Source: an uncultured virus (IMG/VR IMGVR_UViG_3300033072_000717)
Lineage: Duplodnaviria > Heunggongvirae > Uroviricota > Caudoviricetes
DNA: 20,000 nt
Reading direction: 5' to 3' (one strand)
Virus record (IMG/VR): IMGVR_UViG_3300033072_000717
Shown: positions 15,372 to 20,000 of the stretch, one piece after another
Layout of the letters: every line of letters begins with the position of its first letter
Numbering within the stretch: the first letter of the stretch is position 1
Translations under genes and position numbers: made by a program
The notes under the pieces: model-generated
Told to the model about the DNA's origin: nothing
What the model saw: only the letters and a program-made list of their open reading frames with translations
The model's database searches: none

Positions 15372-15589
15372 GCAGCCATCCACGCATTGAACGGTCAGTC
15401 CACCGCGGCGAATATGTGGGCTATTGCAATGCCGCCCTGCGCAAATGGCGAGTGTCCGGCCTTTGGGAAATGTTCCGCCTGGACTCCGCCGAAATCATGG
15501 CCCGCGACGCACGAGAAGCGAAAACCAAGTTTCGTGCCCGCTATCGGCGCCCCCGGAGCGTCAGCGGTATCTCGGCATATCCGATTTGA
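15368..15589 (+). CDS. Hypothetical protein
   Basis: ATGA-coupled start, MSSHPRIERS... Confidence 0.55.
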   Translation: MSSHPRIERSVHRGEYVGYCNAALRKWRVSGLWEMFRLDSAEIMARDAREAKTKFRARYRRPRSVSGISAYPI

Positions 15590-15608
15590 TTCTTCACCCT
15601 TTCCCAAA

Positions 15609-15791
15609 ATGAAAAATCACCCCCAAGACAATAAAGGCAAAGAGCTTATTAAAGTGAATTGCTTTTTCGTTGACTCCCTGCCGGAGCCGGCCGAAACTCG
15701 CACCATGAAAGCGGCCCGCGCCCTTATGGAGATCGCCCTCGCTGGCGTGATCGGCGCGGTTGCCGGTGCCTGCCTGGCCTTGGCGTTTTGA
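15609..15791 (+). CDS. Small protein with C-terminal TM helix
   Basis: MKNHPQ... ending ALMEIALAGVIGAVAGACLALAF; flanked by a 15-bp direct repeat. Confidence 0.6.
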   Translation: MKNHPQDNKGKELIKVNCFFVDSLPEPAETRTMKAARALMEIALAGVIGAVAGACLALAF

Positions 15792-15802
15792 TTCTTCACC
15801 CA

Positions 15803-16054
15803 ATGAAAACCCTAATTATCGCATGTTCACGCGTCGAAGCCATGATGCACGGCGCCTCTTATTTCGAGTTGTCCGGCGATTCGTGCACGGCCATTTACAC
15901 AGACGGCAGCCGGGAGGCGGCCACGCTCCCCGCCCCGCTGGCCGATCAATTCCGCGCATACCATGCTTACCAGTGCGAGAACGGCCCGGAGGCGCAGCCC
16001 CCCAATTCTTTCGCCTTGGTTTCTGCCATTCAAGCCCAACGCAACCACCCATGA
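15803..16054 (+). CDS. Hypothetical protein
   Basis: MKTLIIA...; ATGA-coupled to the next gene. Confidence 0.65.
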   Translation: MKTLIIACSRVEAMMHGASYFELSGDSCTAIYTDGSREAATLPAPLADQFRAYHAYQCENGPEAQPPNSFALVSAIQAQRNHP

Positions 16055-16377
16055 AAACCAAATTTTCAGCATCCGCCGCATTGCGCACCGGCCCCGCAAA
16101 GCGCTACCTGCTCGGCTACGTCGCCGGCATTATCTACCAGGGCGGGGAATGGCTGCTTAACTCCGCCGGCGGATGGAGTGACGGCCGGCATGATGCTAGC
16201 AAGGAAATGCAAGCGCACGTGTGGCCCACCTTTGAGCAGGCCGAAGCCGTTGCGCGCCGGGTTCACTCGGCCAAGTTCCCGGCCTTTGTCCGCGCCTACG
16301 CTTACAGCACCCCAAATCCGGTCAACGCGCGCGGCCTGCCGCCGATTGAGGCGGACCGGGATGCGCTTTTCCTGTAA
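16051..16377 (+). CDS. Hypothetical protein
   Basis: MKTKFSA...; ATGA overlap. Confidence 0.65.
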   Translation: MKTKFSASAALRTGPAKRYLLGYVAGIIYQGGEWLLNSAGGWSDGRHDASKEMQAHVWPTFEQAEAVARRVHSAKFPAFVRAYAYSTPNPVNARGLPPIEADRDALFL

Positions 16378-16390
16378 ACCCAAACGCCGC

Positions 16391-16810
16391 ATGAACGAGG
16401 AGCTTGCATCCCGCCTGACGGAAATCCTGGGGCGCCGCGTCATTGTTACCACTGAGTGCGGTGTTGGCGTGCTCTGTGCCGAAACAATGCAGTTTCTTCT
16501 TTCAACTTCCCGCGTGCCAAAGACGTTGACCGCTGAATGGCTGGCCCGCGCCATCGAGCGCCGCCAGCGCACCGCCGCCGGCGTGAAAGAGCGCCGGGAA
16601 GCCGCAAAGGCCGCGCTAGTCGCGCACCTGACGGCCAAAGGTGTGCCGTGTGACGGAATGAATATCTATTTCACTGCAACCGGATTCAGCGTGTGCAACT
16701 TCTTCCGCAACGGCATTGCCGAGGCGGAGCGTATAATCCGCGAGTGCGGCATTGAGCCCAAGCGGCTTGAATACTCGCAAGCGCACTGGGTGGTGCGCGT
16801 CATTCTTTGA
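16391..16810 (+). CDS. Hypothetical protein
   Basis: MNEELASRL...; tight packing with neighbours. Confidence 0.65.
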   Translation: MNEELASRLTEILGRRVIVTTECGVGVLCAETMQFLLSTSRVPKTLTAEWLARAIERRQRTAAGVKERREAAKAALVAHLTAKGVPCDGMNIYFTATGFSVCNFFRNGIAEAERIIRECGIEPKRLEYSQAHWVVRVIL

Positions 16811-16813
16811 ACC

Positions 16814-17047
16814 ATGAAAACATACGCCCAAAGCCTGTCCCCGGCGCTCGCCCGCCTGTTCGGCAATCTGGAAAACGGCAACTTGGCTGACGCCAAGCGC
16901 GCCGCCCGCCGCTATACCGCGTTCCGCCTGGGCATGTTCGCCCGGCAACACCTGTTTTGGTCCTTTGACCGTTCCGTCAAGGCCGCCGCCTACCTGAAAG
17001 GTGAAGGCACGTTTCAGGACTACTGTGACGCGGATCGGGGGGACTGA
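16814..17047 (+). CDS. Hypothetical protein
   Basis: MKTYAQ..., 77 aa. Confidence 0.7.
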   Translation: MKTYAQSLSPALARLFGNLENGNLADAKRAARRYTAFRLGMFARQHLFWSFDRSVKAAAYLKGEGTFQDYCDADRGD

Positions 17048-17053
17048 CCTGAC

Positions 17054-17179
17054 ATGAAAACCACCCGCAACACCATCCGCGCAGACGGCCCCACCGATGC
17101 GGACCTGCCGGAGCTGTTCCGCGCCCTGGATCGCCTGGCGGATCGCATCTTTGATCGCGAATACACCCCCAACCTATAA
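17054..17179 (+). CDS. Small hypothetical protein (41 aa)
   Basis: MKTTRNTIRADGP...; read manually and fills the gap exactly. Confidence 0.5.
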   Translation: MKTTRNTIRADGPTDADLPELFRALDRLADRIFDREYTPNL

Positions 17180-17182
17180 AAC

Positions 17183-17980
17183 ATGAAAACCCAAACGACG
17201 GCACGCGCAGCCCACCATCGCGCACTTGAAACCCTCCGCGCCCCAAGCTGCCGGCTCTCCGGCCTGCAACTCTGGCGGCGCCTGCGCCAGCTTGAAAGCA
17301 CGGCCCACCGTGCGGCCACCGCTTTTTGCAACGGCGAGCGCATCAGCCTGGCGTGGGGCCGGGGTGCCCCCGAGGAATATGATTTCCGGGGCGACCCCGA
17401 AGCGTGGCCGCGCGTGGCCGCGCGTGTGCGTGCCGGCCTGCAAGCCGCCTTTGGCCGCATCCCGCACGGCGCCGTCGTCAACGCTGACGCGCGGGGTTGC
17501 GCGCTCAAACTTGATCCCGATGCGACCGCCATCCCTGCGGGGATGCGGACCGACTGGGGCGGCTACGGCCTGCTTGCGGCGGAGATTCATCAACCGAAAA
17601 GATCACCCATGAAACCCACCACCCAGCCGCACGCAGCCGGCCAAGCTGCGCCTTACGCCGGCCATCTAGAGCGCGGCCCCGATCGCATTTACAACGGCCC
17701 GACAATCCGCCTGGACCTATCCGGCTGGGGCGGCGCGGTTGAACTGGGCTTCGCCGGTTGCACAATGGCGGAGGACCCGGACAAATACGCCGCGTTCATC
17801 GTCCGCGCCTGCAACTCTCACGCCGCGCTTGTCGAGGCCCTTCGCCGCGCCGAAATGGTCATGCGGGGCACCGCAAAACAGATGTGGAGGGACGGGGGAT
17901 ACGACACTGCCAACCTTCTTGAAGATGTGGCCGATGAAGCCCGCGCCGCCCTCGCGAAAGCCAAGGAGGACCACCCATGA
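17183..17980 (+). CDS. Hypothetical protein, probably two genes fused in frame (second start 17609)
   Basis: The first half ends DWGGYGLLAAEI. An internal CACCC-ATGAAA start at 17609 begins a module containing AAFIVRACNSHAALVEAL. Confidence 0.7.
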   Translation: MKTQTTARAAHHRALETLRAPSCRLSGLQLWRRLRQLESTAHRAATAFCNGERISLAWGRGAPEEYDFRGDPEAWPRVAARVRAGLQAAFGRIPHGAVVNADARGCALKLDPDATAIPAGMRTDWGGYGLLAAEIHQPKRSPMKPTTQPHAAGQAAPYAGHLERGPDRIYNGPTIRLDLSGWGGAVELGFAGCTMAEDPDKYAAFIVRACNSHAALVEALRRAEMVMRGTAKQMWRDGGYDTANLLEDVADEARAALAKAKEDHP

Positions 17981-18252
17981 AAAACACCGCCCATATTGAG
18001 CCTTACCAGGGCATTGACGGCGCCGGGCGCCTGTTCGGCTATGATCACCGCCGGCACAATTTTTTCACCTGGGGCCACAACGGCAAGCGGGTCGTGGTCC
18101 ACAGCGTCGAGCACGACACCGAGGCCCAAGGCCGCCCATGCGGATCGCTTGCCGCCACGCGGCGTGACGCGCAGCGGGTCGCGGCGATGATCAACTCCGA
18201 TGAATACAATGGCTTTGCCCGAGAGATCGAGATGACCGAGATGACCCGCTAA
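17977..18252 (+). CDS. Hypothetical protein
   Basis: ATGA overlap, 91 aa. Confidence 0.65.
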   Translation: MKNTAHIEPYQGIDGAGRLFGYDHRRHNFFTWGHNGKRVVVHSVEHDTEAQGRPCGSLAATRRDAQRVAAMINSDEYNGFAREIEMTEMTR

Positions 18253-18263
18253 CCCCGCTCACC

Positions 18264-18491
18264 ATGAAAACACCCACGAAAATATACCACCGCGAGACCG
18301 TCGTGCGCCAGACCGCGCGCGGCTCGACGTGCTATCACTACCATTATTTCGAGGACTTCGGCCGCGACACCGGCTATGCCCGCTCCTGGGGTTGCCGCGA
18401 GAAGCGAGGCACCGGCCTTATCTGGGCCAGCCCCGGCGAATCATTCGGCGAGGCCATCGCCCGGCGCTGCCGGGAATACAGTGAAATCTGA
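18264..18491 (+). CDS. Hypothetical protein
   Basis: MKTPTK..., 75 aa. Confidence 0.6.
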   Translation: MKTPTKIYHRETVVRQTARGSTCYHYHYFEDFGRDTGYARSWGCREKRGTGLIWASPGESFGEAIARRCREYSEI

Positions 18492-18495
18492 CGCC

Positions 18496-18624
18496 ATGAT
18501 CACCCCCAGCCTCCCAACTCGCCGCGCCGCCTATCTGGCCTTGGTCGGCACCGTGGTTTCCCTCGGCTTCATCGCTTGGGCGTCCTCGGCTCCGCTGCCT
18601 TGGCTATTCACGTTTGTGCGGTAA
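18496..18624 (+). CDS. Small membrane peptide
   Basis: 42 aa with one hydrophobic helix. Confidence 0.5.
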   Translation: MITPSLPTRRAAYLALVGTVVSLGFIAWASSAPLPWLFTFVR

Positions 18625-18641
18625 ACCTCAATCCATCCCCC

Positions 18642-18833
18642 ATGAAACCCATGACCAAAAAAGAAAAGTGCAACGGCTTCCCGGTCCTCACGCTGGACGG
18701 GAAGGAAATCACCCAGTCGGCCCACGACAAGCTCCCCGAGTGGGAGCAGGCCAAGGTCGTCCGCAAGATCAACGGCCCGCACCATGACGCCAAGTGGGCG
18801 CGCGACATTGCCGGGAAAGGGGGTGCGAAATGA
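18642..18833 (+). CDS. Hypothetical protein
   Basis: C-rich leader followed by ATGAAA; ATGA-coupled to the next gene. Confidence 0.6.
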   Translation: MKPMTKKEKCNGFPVLTLDGKEITQSAHDKLPEWEQAKVVRKINGPHHDAKWARDIAGKGGAK

Positions 18834-19021
18834 AGCCGATCCCGCCCTGTGAATACCGCCGGCACGTCGAGGCCGTGCTTGCGGCCAGCGAGCGCCGCCG
18901 TCTGACCATCCGCCAGCGCCGCATGGCGCAGGCGTTCGCGGTCCTCGCTGCCGTCCTGGCGGCCGGCCTGCTGGGCCTCTCCGCCTTGGCGTGGCTATTC
19001 TGGCGGGCGTTTATCCGGTGA
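18830..19021 (+). CDS. Small protein with C-terminal TM helix
   Basis: ATGA overlap; hydrophobic AFAVLAAVLAAGLLGLSALAWLFW. Confidence 0.6.
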   Translation: MKPIPPCEYRRHVEAVLAASERRRLTIRQRRMAQAFAVLAAVLAAGLLGLSALAWLFWRAFIR

Positions 19022-19031
19022 GGGCTTGCCC

Positions 19032-19352
19032 ATGAACTTGCAAACCACACTGGAGATTATCCAGGCTCACCGCCCCTGCGCTGACGGCTGGGCCAAGCTG
19101 CTGCGGCATCTCGGGCCGGACTGGCCCGAAGACAAGCCGATTGATTTTGCGACGATCCTCGAAAGCAATGGGCTTTTAGATGCTCTCTGGGCGCTGCGGG
19201 CGGTGCTGCCTGAGCAGGAGAAGGAGCGCGACCGGCTCGCCCGGCTTTTCGCGTGCGATTGCGCGGAGGCCGCGTGGGCTGTCGCGAGGGTTGTCGCGAC
19301 CGCCAGCCAAACCGCCCTGTTCAAAAAACACTTCTGCCAACCACAACCATGA
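19032..19352 (+). CDS. Hypothetical phage protein (PCADGW..LL / ILESNGL.DALW type)
   Basis: Motif pattern recalled from phage hypothetical proteins (not database-checked). ATGA-coupled to the next gene. Confidence 0.75.
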   Translation: MNLQTTLEIIQAHRPCADGWAKLLRHLGPDWPEDKPIDFATILESNGLLDALWALRAVLPEQEKERDRLARLFACDCAEAAWAVARVVATASQTALFKKHFCQPQP

Positions 19353-19540
19353 ACCTCACCCTCAAACAACTGCGGGAAGCCCTCGACCGGATCACGGCGC
19401 ACCCGCTCACCGAAACCAACGTGTCCGCCGTCAACCTGGTCGGCGCCAAGATCGAACTGGCCGGCCCGCGCTTCGAGGATGCGATGACCATCCATCAGCT
19501 GCGGGCGGAGATTGCGGAGTTGAAGCGGATGATTGGGTAG
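19349..19540 (+). CDS. Hypothetical protein with coiled-coil end
   Basis: MNLTLKQL...; ATGA overlap. Confidence 0.65.
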   Translation: MNLTLKQLREALDRITAHPLTETNVSAVNLVGAKIELAGPRFEDAMTIHQLRAEIAELKRMIG

Positions 19541-19566
19541 CGAGCCCGGCGAGAACCACAAATCCC

Positions 19567-20000
19567 ATGAAAAATAATGAAACCATACTCGCCTGGCACT
19601 GGTGCCGGCGCGACCTGAAAACAAAATACACGGGCCAGCCCATCGCGGCCGGCGAAACGCTGACGGCTGTTGGACCCCTAGAACTGTGCTCCAACGGCCT
19701 TCACGCCAGCGAGTGCCCACTGGACGCGCTGAAATACGCCCCTGGCGAGATGCTCTGCCGGGTGGAGCTGAGCGGGGAAATCCTGCGCGGAGAGGACAAG
19801 CTGTGCGCCCGCCGCCGTAAGGTGCTTTGGGTGCTGGACTGCGAGCGGATTGTGCATGAGTTCGCCTGCGAATGTGCCGAGCGGGCGCTGAAGTCGGTCG
19901 GGGTCACGGACAGCCGGTGCTGGGCTGCCATCCAGGCCAAGCGGGATTGGATGGCGGGCAAGATTGGGGACGTGGAATTGGATGCCGCGTATGCTGCCGC
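19567..20000 (+). CDS. Hypothetical phage protein (LCSNGLHAS..PLDAL.YA motif), 3' truncated by window
   Basis: Read manually: open frame from ATG 19567 to the window end. Missing from the ORF track because it has no stop in the window. Confidence 0.8.
   Translation, partial: MKNNETILAWHWCRRDLKTKYTGQPIAAGETLTAVGPLELCSNGLHASECPLDALKYAPGEMLCRVELSGEILRGEDKLCARRRKVLWVLDCERIVHEFACECAERALKSVGVTDSRCWAAIQAKRDWMAGKIGDVELDAAYAA

Overview
GC-rich tailed-phage (or prophage) DNA. The host is probably Verrucomicrobia/Opitutaceae-like, inferred from the style of the attC arms and of a host peptide-binding-protein fragment. 1-5254 is mostly + strand: terminase large subunit C-terminus, a beta-helix-like protein, membrane/lysis-like genes, a metallophosphoesterase and an HTH protein. 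5347-12433 is a minus-strand operon of an SF2 helicase plus about 14 small hypothetical genes. 12.4-13.8 kb is non-coding, with ten 11-bp repeats, a strong hairpin and a 28-bp dif-like site. About 13857-14442 is an internal fragment of a bacterial OppA-type gene. 14.9-20 kb is a + strand run of small early-type genes. The main finding is that the small genes at about 7.1-11.6 kb sit in an integron-like cassette array. It has about 8 attC-like hairpins with cassette-specific R'/R'' core complementarity and two near-identical attI-like head elements, but no integrase in the window. All cassette ORFs lie antisense to the canonical attC orientation. The attC sites encode the start codons, stop codons and protein termini, in a fixed frame across the predicted crossover.
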